64,000 bases of DNA, from positions 1,856,001 through 1,920,000 of the forward strand of contig CAVZYA010000001.1 in NCBI GenBank assembly GCA_963779415.1, written 5' to 3'. This DNA comes from an uncultured Acidobacteriota bacterium. Lineage in GTDB: Bacteria > Acidobacteriota > Thermoanaerobaculia > UBA5066. Every line of letters begins with the position of its first letter. Positions within the stretch are counted from its first letter, which is position 1. Of the stretch, positions 42,342 to 52,883 are shown one piece after another. The translations under genes and the position numbers were made by a program. The notes beneath the pieces were generated by a model. The model saw only the letters and a list, made by a program, of their open reading frames with translations. It did not search any database and had not been told where the DNA came from.

Positions 42342-43396
42342 TCAAAGATTGCCGTCAGAATCGAAGATACTGTACCGCATCCGCGAACGACGCGGCAGGA
42401 ACCGCGACGGCGGTTCGCAAAGAATCTGACACCGCCGTCGGAAGAACAGAAAGCCCGCCATCCGAAGCCACTTTTCCTCTTCGGGGCTCTGAGCATAGGC
42501 TTGCACCGTCTTACCGTTCGCCTCTATCGCCATCGATCGTATCGTCGAAAACAGGCTGATAAAACTCTCCCACGACAGCGGCCCACCAGTCGAACACGTA
42601 GAAATACGGCCGCCGCGGAGCCCACGATGCCATAGCTTCCGTCTTCCGTCCGCAAAGCATCGAGCGGTTCGGCAAAGCCCGGCAAACCATTGCACCGCCA
42701 AGCCAGGAACTCCTCGTCGTGAACTATGAACGGCTCAGCCTGACGCGCTTGCTGCTTCGCCACGAGTCCCGCCACCTCTCGCCACGATCCCTTCTCGACC
42801 GCCCCCTTTCCGTCTGGTCGGTGCCTCAAGAGCCTGCGGCCACGCCACCAGAAGACTGGACGGACGGCCGCACTAACCGCCGGGATAACCACGCTCAAAC
42901 GAGACGGAATCTTCCAACTCAATATATGCGCAGGATCAAGCGGGAACACCGCCATGGCCGGGCCCTCTAACGACGCGAAGCCGATCCGCCGCATGGTAAC
43001 GTCGGCGGCAGCACTCGGGTTGCTACCGAGCGTCACGATACCCCGAGCCAGGGCTGCATCAAATAACAGTGATGCGATTCCTCGCCGGCGAAGCGACGAG
43101 TCGACCATCAGATCGCAAGCCCATTGGCATCCGAAGCGTTCTCCATCGATGCTCACCGAGGCTGGAATCAGCCCCAGCTGTCCGACGACTTCGCTGCCCG
43201 ATAGCGCCAACAACAAGCCATCTACTGCTCCGCGATTCGGACCGCGGAATTTCCATCGATTGTATCGGTCCTCTCGACGGCGCCGTTTCGATGGCCACAT
43301 CTTCGTCGCAAATCGCACATGCGCTTCGCATGACCGCTCGTCGTAGGGCGCGATCGTTATCTTTCCTGAATCACTCTCGCCCGGCGTCTGCGTCAC
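42342..43396 (-). CDS. GNAT family N-acyltransferase (frameshifts near 42570-42615)
   Basis: YNRWKF, VVGQLG, CDLMVD..LRRRGIA acetyl-CoA motif, FLAWR; C-terminus continues in another frame to DSDGNL. Confidence 0.75.
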
Positions 43397-44247
43397 GATA
43401 TTCCGGTTTCCAGCGCCAGGTGCTCCGAAACGGATCGCGCCCGAATCCGTCCAGCCGCCTGCAATTCCGAAAGGTGTTCAAGGAACGGCACCAGGTGAAC
43501 GAGGCTCTCTTCCCTTTCCCGGGTGAGTCCTGACGGATGTCCATTGATGACGATCGACTGCCGCTCCGCTACGGCGCGATCCACCAGCCGGATCGCCTCG
43601 CTATCGAAACCGGTGTAGTTGAGTGGAATACATGCGATACCGCCGTTCCGCTCCAGGCGGCCGCTGATCAGCGGCCTTTCATCGGTGCCCCTGATCCTCT
43701 GAACAAGGGATCTATAGGACACCCGGCACCACGAGTAACCCGCGTTCCGCAGTTCCCGGCAAAGAGACCCGATGTTGCCCGCAGCTCTGAATGGGCTCAA
43801 GGAGCGATCACCAATGCTGATGGCTCCCTTTTTGTACCAGGTCATCGGCCGGCTGAATGGTGGAACAAATCCTTTCACGGAATCTGCTTCGCCGAGGCAC
43901 GTTTCGAGCGCCTGCTTGCTTCTCGTCAACGACCGCCGCACCTGCTCGCGCTCGAGGAACGGAAACCATTCGTGCCGCCATGAGTGTGATGCGATCTCGT
44001 GCGAGGCGGCTCGAATTCTTCGCAGCTGCTCCGGTACATGATACGGAAAATGCCCGGGTTCGGCTGCGAATCCGACGCAGGCGAAAGTCATTCGTAACCC
44101 CATGGTCGAGCCGAGCTCGAGAACGCGATCGACGTTTTCGATCTCCGTCTGCAGGAGTTCCTCGCGGTACTTGTAAGGGTACGATGCGTTTATCTGGCCA
44201 ATGGCCGTATCGTAGTCCCAGATGATCAGAACGGACGGAACGTGCAT
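43393..44247 (-). CDS. Polysaccharide deacetylase (CE4/NodB)
   Basis: WDYD, MTFACVG, HEIASHSWRH, GFVPPF, NGHP. Confidence 0.85.
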   Translation of the reverse strand: MHVPSVLIIWDYDTAIGQINASYPYKYREELLQTEIENVDRVLELGSTMGLRMTFACVGFAAEPGHFPYHVPEQLRRIRAASHEIASHSWRHEWFPFLEREQVRRSLTRSKQALETCLGEADSVKGFVPPFSRPMTWYKKGAISIGDRSLSPFRAAGNIGSLCRELRNAGYSWCRVSYRSLVQRIRGTDERPLISGRLERNGGIACIPLNYTGFDSEAIRLVDRAVAERQSIVINGHPSGLTREREESLVHLVPFLEHLSELQAAGRIRARSVSEHLALETGIS

Positions 44248-44439
44248 TACGCGTCTTCCGCGACTAGCGGGACCTCGCAGGACACCGGAAAGTTGGAGAC
44301 GCCCCCGGAGCGCGTGGTGACGTGGGGTCCTCTCTCGACGGCTAAAGACATAGCTCTGTAGCCGACCAGATCATGACGGACGGCTCTTCTCCCGCCGGGC
44401 GTATTTGTTTGTTCTTCATCGATGGCTCTCGGGGCTCCG

Positions 44440-45813
44440 TCATCGCTTGATTCCCCTTGTACTAAGAACGACGAAGACGTTGAAAGTCGGTCCGGTGGGC
44501 GCAGGGGCCGCATAGCCGACGGGTGTGGCCGGAGTCAGCCCCGCCATCGGCAGCGTCACCGCCGCCCCCGAGTAGGTCCCCGAGACTACCGCAGGCCCGT
44601 AGAAGTTCTGTGCGTTCCGGATCTCGTAGGCATCCCCCGGACTCGCGATCCCTTTCAGGTCCACGGCCTGCGTCGCGCTCCTGTCCCAGTTGAAGATCAC
44701 GATCGTCGCCCGACCCGCCTCGTACGCATTCCGCAGGATCGTCACCTCGTCCTTTTTCGGCGGGTTCATCTTCGAATAGTACGTGTTGTCCGGGTAGTCG
44801 CCCGGCACAAACCCGCTCAGGTCCCCCACGAACGTGTTCCCCGTGACGGCTTCTCCCTGGCGGCAGCCGCTACGCCCGGGCGAAAACACGCCGCCTTCCA
44901 GGTTCGTCAGGTAGTTCCCGCTTACCGTCACGCCGGTGCACTTCGTCGTGGAATGACCGACATCCAGGGGCGCCGACCAGGAGAAGTTTCCCGTGACCGC
45001 GGTCCCTCTGATGTCGAACCCGTTCTCCCCTCCTACAAGCGACGTTCCCCGCCACCAGACGTTTCCTTCCACGCGCGAGTTCTCGAGGCCGGCGGTGGGA
45101 GAGCCGTAGGCGTGCAGGTTGTAGCTGAAGGGATCGAAGAGAATGTTGTGCTTGATCAGCTTCGAGCCGCCCTCGTAATTCTGAACATAGATCCCGTGCC
45201 CGTGCCCACGGTCGGGTGCCTTCCACCCGTTGTAGTAAATGATGTTTCCGTAGAGTTCGGCGTCCTTCGCCACCGACGCGCAGCTGATCCCCTCACCCGT
45301 GTCGTGGATGACGACGTTGATGACTTTCGTTCCCGGCGTCGTGATGGAGATGCCGTCTCCACGGTCGTCTGCCGGGCTCGAGCCCGGTACCGGATTCGAC
45401 CGGTCCGGGTTCGAGTTCATCACCTCGAAGCCCCAGAACCAGGTGAACGCCCCATCCTGGATCGCGAGGACGGGCTTCGCGTTCCCTCGGACCGCCGGAT
45501 TCACGTTTCCGTCCAGCGTCGCCCGCTCCCCCGGATACTGACGCACCACGATCGGTGCCTTGGCCGACCCCTTCAGGTGGCTCGTGAAGTTCCCCTTGTA
45601 CGTCCCTCCACGAAGCCAGATCGTGTCCCCGGGATGCGCCGCAGAAGGCTGCGACAGCGCCGACTGCAGTTCCCACGGATTTGAAATCGTCCCCGTCCCC
45701 GCCTTCGTGCTCGTCGTTCCCGTAGGTGAAACGTAGAAGTCGACGGCCTCGGCTTCGACCGCCACGAGCGTGAGGAGTCCAGCGAGGAGAGCGCGGCAGC
45801 GCGTCTTCCGCAC
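44440..45813 (-). CDS. Secreted right-handed parallel beta-helix protein (lyase-like), no anchor domain
   Basis: Signal peptide; [42 protein letters not shown]. Confidence 0.85.
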   Translation of the reverse strand: MRKTRCRALLAGLLTLVAVEAEAVDFYVSPTGTTSTKAGTGTISNPWELQSALSQPSAAHPGDTIWLRGGTYKGNFTSHLKGSAKAPIVVRQYPGERATLDGNVNPAVRGNAKPVLAIQDGAFTWFWGFEVMNSNPDRSNPVPGSSPADDRGDGISITTPGTKVINVVIHDTGEGISCASVAKDAELYGNIIYYNGWKAPDRGHGHGIYVQNYEGGSKLIKHNILFDPFSYNLHAYGSPTAGLENSRVEGNVWWRGTSLVGGENGFDIRGTAVTGNFSWSAPLDVGHSTTKCTGVTVSGNYLTNLEGGVFSPGRSGCRQGEAVTGNTFVGDLSGFVPGDYPDNTYYSKMNPPKKDEVTILRNAYEAGRATIVIFNWDRSATQAVDLKGIASPGDAYEIRNAQNFYGPAVVSGTYSGAAVTLPMAGLTPATPVGYAAPAPTGPTFNVFVVLSTRGIKR

Positions 45814-45864
45814 GGGCCGGATTCTACCCGCAGCGCCGAGCCGCCTTCTGGTCCTGGCAGGAGG

Positions 45865-48804
45865 TCACTGGAGGAATGGGATGTTGAAGGCCCGCACGAG
45901 GAAGATCGCCATCTGCCAGCGGGTCAGGGGGGTGTTCGGGCAGTACTTGCCGCCGCCGCAGCCAGCCGTGACGCCCCCCGCGTAGATGTAATGAATGAAG
46001 CGGCAGGTGCCATCCGTCGGCTGGACGTCGCCGAAGAGGGAGTTCCCTCCCGCCGTGCAGTTGTAGGAGCCGACGGAGGGGACGGTACCGCTCGTGGGGA
46101 CGGTGCCACTCGGACCGACCATTCCCACAGCCAGAAAGACGGCCATCTGGCTGCGGGTGACGTTCGAGGAGGGGCAGTACTTGCCACCGCCGCAGCCGGC
46201 GGTGATTCCCTGGGCGTAGATGTAGTGGATCGAGGGGCAGGCAGCGTCGGCCGGTGCCACGTCTCCGAAGAGGGACGTGCCACCGGTGGTGCAGTTATAG
46301 GTTCCAACACCCGGCACGGTCCCGGACGTGGGAACCGGCACGCCGGGTCCGAGCAGGGAGCGTGCGAGGAGCACAGCCATCTGCCAGCGGGTGACGTCGC
46401 TGGCGGGACAGTAGTTGCCGCCACCGCAGCCGGCGGTGACGCCATTGTGGAAGATACTTTCGACAAAGGGGTAGGAGACGTCCGAGGTGGGCACGTCGGT
46501 GAAGCTCTTGCCAACGTGGAGAGTCCAGGTCCTGGCGACGCCGTTGCTGAGCGTCTCGAGGAAGGTGGCGTCCCAGTGGGCGGCGGGGCGGGTGGCCGGG
46601 TTGGAGACGGAGAGGCGATAGGAGGGCCCTCCGGCCGAGAAGCTGTCGGCGGTGGCGCCGGGAGCAATGGTGCCGTAGCCGGCAGCCGAATCGAGGAGGG
46701 AATAGGTCGCCCCGACAGGACCTGTGAAGGCAGAGGCGGTGCCCGTCAAGGAGACAGGAGAGCCGCCGACGTTCTTCCAGGAGGGGTTGGCAAGGACCGC
46801 CTCGCCCGGCTCCAGAATCTTGTTGACGTTCGAGACCGTTCCGCCCGTGGCGTGAGCGTCCTCGACGAGGCCGACGGGCTGGGTGTCGATGTAGACGTTC
46901 GCGCCTGCGCTCGGAGAAACGCAGCCCGTGGCGACGGTCGTCTCCACGACGGACAGAATGGTGACCCCGGAGGATCCTGCCGTGAAGGTGATCTGGTTCG
47001 TCGTACCTCCGGCGGTGATCGTGCCGTTGATGATGCCCCAGAGGTAGCTGCTCCCGGCGTGGGACGGGACGCTTGCGGCAAGTCCCGTGGCGCCCGGTAG
47101 TGCCGAGGCCGGTGCGGTGATGACGGGGATGGCCGGCACCGGGTTGACGACGACTGTCGTCGTCCCGGGTGCCGAGGTGAGCCCGCCAACCGTCACGGTC
47201 ACGCTGTACAGGCCGGCGTTGGCCACCGTCGCGTTGGGGATCGTCGGGTTCTGAAGCACCGAGGTGAAGCCGTCAGGACCGGTCCACGCATAGGTCGCGC
47301 CGGCAACCGTCGGCGTCGAGAGCGAGATGGTCGCGCCTGCGCAGTAGGGGCCGGTGTTGGTTGCCGTCGGCGTGGGAGGCGGAGTGGTCCCACCTCCCAC
47401 CGTCAGGACGACGAAGGTGGCGAAGGCGGGTCCGGTCGACGAAGGAGCCGCATAGCCGACGGGCGTGGCCGGCGTCAGCCCCGTCATCGGCACGGAGACC
47501 GTCCCCCCGCCATATGTCCCGCTGACCACCGGTGTCCCGTAGAAGTTCTGCGCGTTGCGGATCTCGTAGGCCGCGCCTGCGCTCACGGTCCCCGTCAGGT
47601 CCACCGCCTGCGTCCCGCTCCCGTCCCAGTTGTCGACGACGATCGTCGCCCGCCCCGCCTCGTACGCGTTCGGCAGAATCGTCACATGGTCCTGGGTCGG
47701 CGGGCTCGTCCTCGAATAGTACGTGTTGTTCGGGTAGTCGCCCGGCACAAACCCGCTCAGGTCCCCCACGAACGTGTTCCCCGTGATGGTCTCCCCGGCC
47801 CGGCAGCCGGTGCTCCCCGGCGAAAACACACCGCCGCTGACGTTCGTCAGGTAGTTCCCGGTCACCGTCACGCCCGCGCACTTCGTCGTGGAGTACCCCA
47901 TCGTCAGCGTCGACAACCACGAGAAGTTCCCCGTCACCGACGTCCCACCGATGTCGAACCCGCTCTCCCCTCCCACCAGCGACGTCCCACGCCACCACAC
48001 GTTCCCGTCCACCTGCGAGTCTATGAACCCCGCCGTCCCCGATCCGTAGGCATGCAGGTTGTAGCCGAACTGGTCGAAAAGAATGTTGTGCTTGATGACC
48101 TTCGTGCCGCCGTATCCCAGATTCTGCGCGTAGATGGCGTGCCCGTGCGGCCGGTCCGGTGCGTTCCACCCGTTGTAGTAGATGATGTTCCCGTAGTACT
48201 CCGAGTTCGTGGATATCGACGTCAGATCCAGCCCCTCGCCCGTGTCATGGATGACGACGTTGATGATCTTCGTCCCCGGTCCCCACACCCCAATACCCGA
48301 GTCACGCGCGTCCACCGGGTTCGACCCCGGCGTCGGGTTCCACCGGTTCGGGTTCGAGTCCATCACCTCGAACCCCCAGTACCACGTGTACGCCCCGCTT
48401 ACCTTGAGAATCCAGCCGTCGGTACCGAGAACCTCGGGGTTCACGTTCCCGTCCAGCGTCGCCCGCTCCCCCGGATACTGCCGCACCACGATCGGCTGGC
48501 TCGACGTCCCCGTCAGAGAGCTCGTGAACAGTCCCGTGTACGTCCCCCCACGCAGCCAGATCGTGTCCCCGGGATGCACCGCCGATGGCTGCGACAGCGC
48601 CGTCTGAAGTGCCCACGGATTCGATATCGTCCCCGTCCCCGGCCCCGTGCCCGTCGTCCCCGTCGGTGAAACGTAAAAGTCGGACGCCCAGACTGACGCA
48701 GTGAAAAGGAAAAGCGCGAGGACGAGGGCAGCGCGAGCCGCATCAATTCCTCTGCGAATCGCGAGACAGATCTTCACGTTCGCAAGCTTAACGTCTTCGT
48801 GCAT
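45865..48804 (-). CDS. Beta-helix + Ig-like + Cys-rich SLH x3 surface protein
   Basis: Intact ORF; beta-helix module, YAWTGPDGF Ig module, three SLH-like repeats; start uncertain. Confidence 0.85.
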   Translation of the reverse strand: MHEDVKLANVKICLAIRRGIDAARAALVLALFLFTASVWASDFYVSPTGTTGTGPGTGTISNPWALQTALSQPSAVHPGDTIWLRGGTYTGLFTSSLTGTSSQPIVVRQYPGERATLDGNVNPEVLGTDGWILKVSGAYTWYWGFEVMDSNPNRWNPTPGSNPVDARDSGIGVWGPGTKIINVVIHDTGEGLDLTSISTNSEYYGNIIYYNGWNAPDRPHGHAIYAQNLGYGGTKVIKHNILFDQFGYNLHAYGSGTAGFIDSQVDGNVWWRGTSLVGGESGFDIGGTSVTGNFSWLSTLTMGYSTTKCAGVTVTGNYLTNVSGGVFSPGSTGCRAGETITGNTFVGDLSGFVPGDYPNNTYYSRTSPPTQDHVTILPNAYEAGRATIVVDNWDGSGTQAVDLTGTVSAGAAYEIRNAQNFYGTPVVSGTYGGGTVSVPMTGLTPATPVGYAAPSSTGPAFATFVVLTVGGGTTPPPTPTATNTGPYCAGATISLSTPTVAGATYAWTGPDGFTSVLQNPTIPNATVANAGLYSVTVTVGGLTSAPGTTTVVVNPVPAIPVITAPASALPGATGLAASVPSHAGSSYLWGIINGTITAGGTTNQITFTAGSSGVTILSVVETTVATGCVSPSAGANVYIDTQPVGLVEDAHATGGTVSNVNKILEPGEAVLANPSWKNVGGSPVSLTGTASAFTGPVGATYSLLDSAAGYGTIAPGATADSFSAGGPSYRLSVSNPATRPAAHWDATFLETLSNGVARTWTLHVGKSFTDVPTSDVSYPFVESIFHNGVTAGCGGGNYCPASDVTRWQMAVLLARSLLGPGVPVPTSGTVPGVGTYNCTTGGTSLFGDVAPADAACPSIHYIYAQGITAGCGGGKYCPSSNVTRSQMAVFLAVGMVGPSGTVPTSGTVPSVGSYNCTAGGNSLFGDVQPTDGTCRFIHYIYAGGVTAGCGGGKYCPNTPLTRWQMAIFLVRAFNIPFLQ

Positions 48805-48960
48805 GCACGGGTACTGGCCGAAGGACATGACGTCGAGACAGGAGACGCACCGTCGGCCCTGTACCAAAGGACAGGCTCGCGCCGTCGTGGCCCCATCTAT
48901 CGCCAGTTCAAGCGTCGCACTTCAGGCCCGTGTCTCCACCTTCCATCGGCCCGCTGTTTC

Positions 48961-51900
48961 TCAGTGGAGGAAGGGGATGTTGAAGGCCCGCACGAGGAAG
49001 ATCGCCATCTGCCAGCGGGTCAGGGGGGGGTTCGGGCAATACTTGCCGCCGCCGCAGCCAGCCGTGACACCGCCCGCATAGATGTAATGGATGAAGCGGC
49101 AGGTGCCGTCCGTCGGCTGGACGTCGCCGAACAGGGAGTTCCCTCCCGCGGTGCAGTTGTAGGAGCCGACGGAGGGGACGGTGCCGCTCGTGGGGACGGT
49201 GCCACTCGGACCGACCATTCCCACAGCCAGGAAGACGGCCATCTGGCTGCGGGTGACGTTCGAGGAGGGGCAGTATTTGCCGCCGCCGCAGCCGCAGGTG
49301 ATTCCCTGGGCGTAGATGTAGTGGATCGAGGGGCAGGCAGCGTCGGTCGGTGCCACGTCTCCGAAGAGAGACGTGCCACCGGTGGTGCAGTTATAGGTTC
49401 CAACACCCGGCACGGTCCCGGACGTGGGAACCGGCACGCCGGGTCCGAGTATGGAACGTGCGAGGAGTACAGCCATCTGCCAGCGGGTAACGTCGCTGGC
49501 GGGACAGTAGTTGCCGCCACCGCAGCCGGCGGTGATGCCATTGTGGAGGACACTCTCGACATAGGGGTAGGAGACGTCGGAGACCGGAACGTCCGAGAAA
49601 CTCCGGCCCATGTGGAGAGTCCAGGTCCGGGTGATGCCGTTGCTGAGCGTCTCGAGGAAGGTGGCGTCCCAGTGGGCGGCGGGGCGGGTGGCCGGGTTGG
49701 AGACGGAGAGGCGATAGGAGGGCCCCCCGGCCGAGAAGCTGTCGGCGGTGGCGCCGGGGGCGATGGTGCCGTAGCCGGCAGCCGAATCGAGGAGGGAATA
49801 GGTCGCCCCGACAGGACCTGTGAAGGCAGAAGCCGTACCTGTGAGGGCGGCCGGGGAAGCACCGATGTTCTTCCAGGAGGCGTTGACGAGGAGGGTTTCT
49901 CCCGGCTCCAGAATCTTGTTGACGTTCGAGACCGTTCCGCCCGTGGCGTGAGCGTCCTCGACCAGACCGGCGGCCTGGACGGCGACTGTCGGTGTCTGGG
50001 TCGGCGTCGGCGTCGGCGTGGGAGTCGATGTAGAGCTCGGCGGTGGCGTCGGCGTCCGCGTCGGCGTCGCCGTGGCTGTCGGAGCGACTGTCGGCGTCCA
50101 CGTCGGCGTGGACGTTGGGGTCCGCGTCGGCGTCACCGTCGGCGTAAAAGTCGGAGTCGCCGTCGCTGTCGCAGCGACTGTCGGCGTCCGGGTCGGAGTG
50201 GACGTTGGGGTCCGCGTCGGAGTCATCGTCGGCGTACGAGTCGGCGTCGCCGTGGCTGTCGGAGCGACTGTCGGCGTCCGAGTTGGCGTGGACGTCGGGG
50301 TCCGCGTCGGAGTCATCGTCGGCGTACGAGTCGGCGTCGCCGTGGCTGTCGGAGCGACTGTCGGCGTCCGAGTTGGCGTGGACGTCGGGGTCCGCGTCGG
50401 AGTCGCCGTTGGAGTTCGAGTCGGAGTCGACGTGGCTGTCGGAACGACTGTGGGTGTCCGGGTCGGGGTTGGCGTAGGCGTAGGCGTCAGGCCCGCCGGA
50501 TCCAGGACGAGGATCCAGTCGGTGTAGCCCGAGCCATTGTCGCCGGGCGGTGTGAAGGTGTAGGTGCCGGTATTGGCGAGACTCGAACTGATCAGCGTAT
50601 AGGCTGCCGTCGCCGGGTTGAACCAGCGTGCTCGCGCCGCTCCGCCCATGACGGTCATGTCCACGGTGATCGTCCCCGTGTGGTCGGGCGGGACGTAGGC
50701 GACGAGAAGCGTTCCGGCCGGGTCGGCCGCCGCGGCCACGTAGTCCGACGCCGTCACGCTCGAGCCGCCCGCCGTGATGATCGTCTTCATGCCATTCAGA
50801 CCGGACGGGACCAGGTGGTACCAGGCGATGGATCGAACGAACGCATTGAGTCGCGCCATGTCCTGCGCGCCCTGAGTGTTCAGGTGATTGTTCCAGATGC
50901 CGGGCATGAACTTCCAGACGTAGCCGTTGCCCGTGACGTAGCCGCCTATGCTGGAAAGAACGCTCCACCACTGGAAGCGGCGCACGGGCTGGGTGGCGCC
51001 TGGATTGTCGTCCGTTCCATCCGGCCCTTCCTCGTCATAAGGTCCTTCGACGAGATACGCGGGCATCGCCGGGGTCGCCGCGTAGCCGCTCCGGCACCAC
51101 TCCGAAACGGAGTTCCATGTGTAAGCCCCCTGAAGCGTTCCGGCCGCCTTCAGCGTGGCATCGGTCTGCGAGGTATAGATCGAATCGCCAGCCCAATCGG
51201 CGGAAAAGTTGACGCTCTGCTGGCCGGCGACGCTCTTCAAACCCGAAAGCAGAGCCTGCTCGACGGCCAGCTCCGGCGCGGAGAACGAGGCCGGTGGCGA
51301 GCCGTAATCCCCCCCCAGCATCCAGACGAGATTTCCGTAGGTCTTGTACCTGTTGGCGAGAAAGGCTCCGTAGGCGCTCATCCTTGTAGGCCCGTTGGAG
51401 GTCATCGGCTGCATCCAGCCGGCGGTGAGATTGCCGTTCTGGCCGACGTAACTCGGAAATACAAGACAAAGCAATCCCTTCTGAGACGCGTAATCGAGCA
51501 TCCCGTCGATGTGCTGCCAGTAGGTCTCATTGGGCGTCGTGTAATCGGGATTCACGCCCGCCGCCATCGAGCCGTCCCATACCGTGCCGTCGAGTTTCTT
51601 GATGAACGGAAGCTGGTTGTTTCCGTCGAACGGAGCGTTATATCCATCCCGGTCCAGAAAGTTGAGCAGGATGGCGTTAAAGCCCTTCGCCACCGTATCG
51701 TCGACGAAAAGCTGATAGTCCGAGAGACTCAGCGAGGGTATGTCCCACGCGACTCGCCCCAGAATGGGAAACGGCTGCCCGCTCTGATCCTGAAGATAGC
51801 GATGATCCCCGGAAGCCACGAGAGGGTAATTGACATTGCCCGATTCGATCAAGAAGGTACCGCCGCCCGGATTCACGTTCCGATCAAACGTCGCCCGCTC

Positions 51901-52199
51901 CCCCGGAAACTGCTTCAACATGATCGGCTGGCCCGGACTCCCGTTCAGGTAGCTGGTGAAGCTCCCTTTGTACGTCCCCCCCGCAGCCAGATCGTGTCCC
52001 CGGGATGCACCGCCGAAGGCTGCGAGAGACCCGTCTGCAGGCTCCACGGGTTCGTGATCGTCCCCGTCCCGGGCCCCGTGCTCGACGTCCCGGTCGGTGA
52101 GACGTAGAAGTCCACGCCGGCGGCGACGAAGACAGCGGCGAGCAGCACCGCTGCGACAGCCGCGAACATGCCTCCGCGACGAGTCAATCGGGCCTTCAC
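48961..52199 (-). CDS. Chimeric surface protein: beta-helix head + DUF4038 hydrolase + Pro/Thr linker + SLH x3 (frameshift at C7 run ~51976-51982)
   Basis: Signal peptide and DFYVSPTG head in ORF 51945-52199 continue as GGTYKGSF in ORF 48961-52047. Confidence 0.85.
49985..50490 (-). repeat. Pro/Thr-rich linker built from ~90-bp (30-aa) tandem units
   Basis: [30 protein letters not shown] repeated; exact 90-bp periodicity over about 50210-50404. Confidence 0.9.
50494..51829. repeat. ~1.34 kb near-identical inverted repeat, copy B (partner 35197-36532)
   Basis: Reverse complement matches copy A. Confidence 0.95.
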
Positions 52200-52639
52200 G
52201 GCCGAGAAGTTACCCTTTCGAACTGGTGACGGGCTACTGATCGGACGGCGTGTTCTCGGGACAGGGAACGGTCCCGTCCAACTCCTGTCCCGCAGGACAG
52301 GCTCACGCGATCGTGAAGGTGGCGATCCGGACTCCGGTCAGCCGGCCAATGCTCTGCGCTCAATGTCATCGGGAGTGTTCCGGCCGCGTGGTTTCCCACG
52401 CCGGTCCTCCCGACCTCTTTCACCAGTAGAACCACCGCCGCGTCACCCTTCCTCCCCTGTACTATCCGGAAGTTGATGGAATACCGCCCAGAGACTCGGC
52501 ATCCGGCTCTCTCCGCCGGCTGACCGGGCCGTTCAGTCACTTCCCTCAGGACTCCTGGCGCAAACGAACAGCGTCCTGGAGCCCGAACTCATGCGCACGG
52601 GAAATTCTAGCAGACACGCGTCGAGTGGGCTCTGCCTCG

Positions 52640-52850
52640 ACCTGCCGGAAGAAGCCGTTGGCGCCGAGAACCACGTCGATCGGGCTCGAAGCGTGATTCT
52701 GGATTGCGATCGTAGCTCTTCCGTCGGAGGGGGGCCACCACAATGTTCTTCACCTGAGAACAGTTCTCGCTGTAGTTGGTGCTGCTCACAAGAGGTGCAC
52801 TGATATTGGCCCATAGACCCGAAGATCTTCGAGCTTTCTGGGATTCACGC
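52640..52850 (-). pseudogene. Decayed C-terminal surface-protein domain (DLRLY..STINY..ANNA..DVNGYF type)
   Basis: Frameshifted pieces VNPRKLEDLRVY / APLVSSTNYSENCSQVKNIVVA / SDGRATIAIQNHASSPIDVVLGANGFFR. Confidence 0.45.
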
Positions 52851-52883
52851 CCGTGTCTCCACCTTCCCTCGGCCCGCTGTGTG

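Noticed and set aside
35197-51829. Near-identical repeat pairs as DGR template/variable regions
   Set aside because: Too long, differences are not evidently adenine-specific, and no reverse transcriptase is in the window
48799-52107. 1102-aa plus-strand ORF and many other long antisense ORFs
   Set aside because: Shadow ORFs of high-GC coding sequence with no recognisable motifs
52458-52482. TGTACTATCCGGAAGTTGATGGA as a possible IS481-like terminal repeat
   Set aside because: No partner inverted repeat or transposase fragment was found nearby
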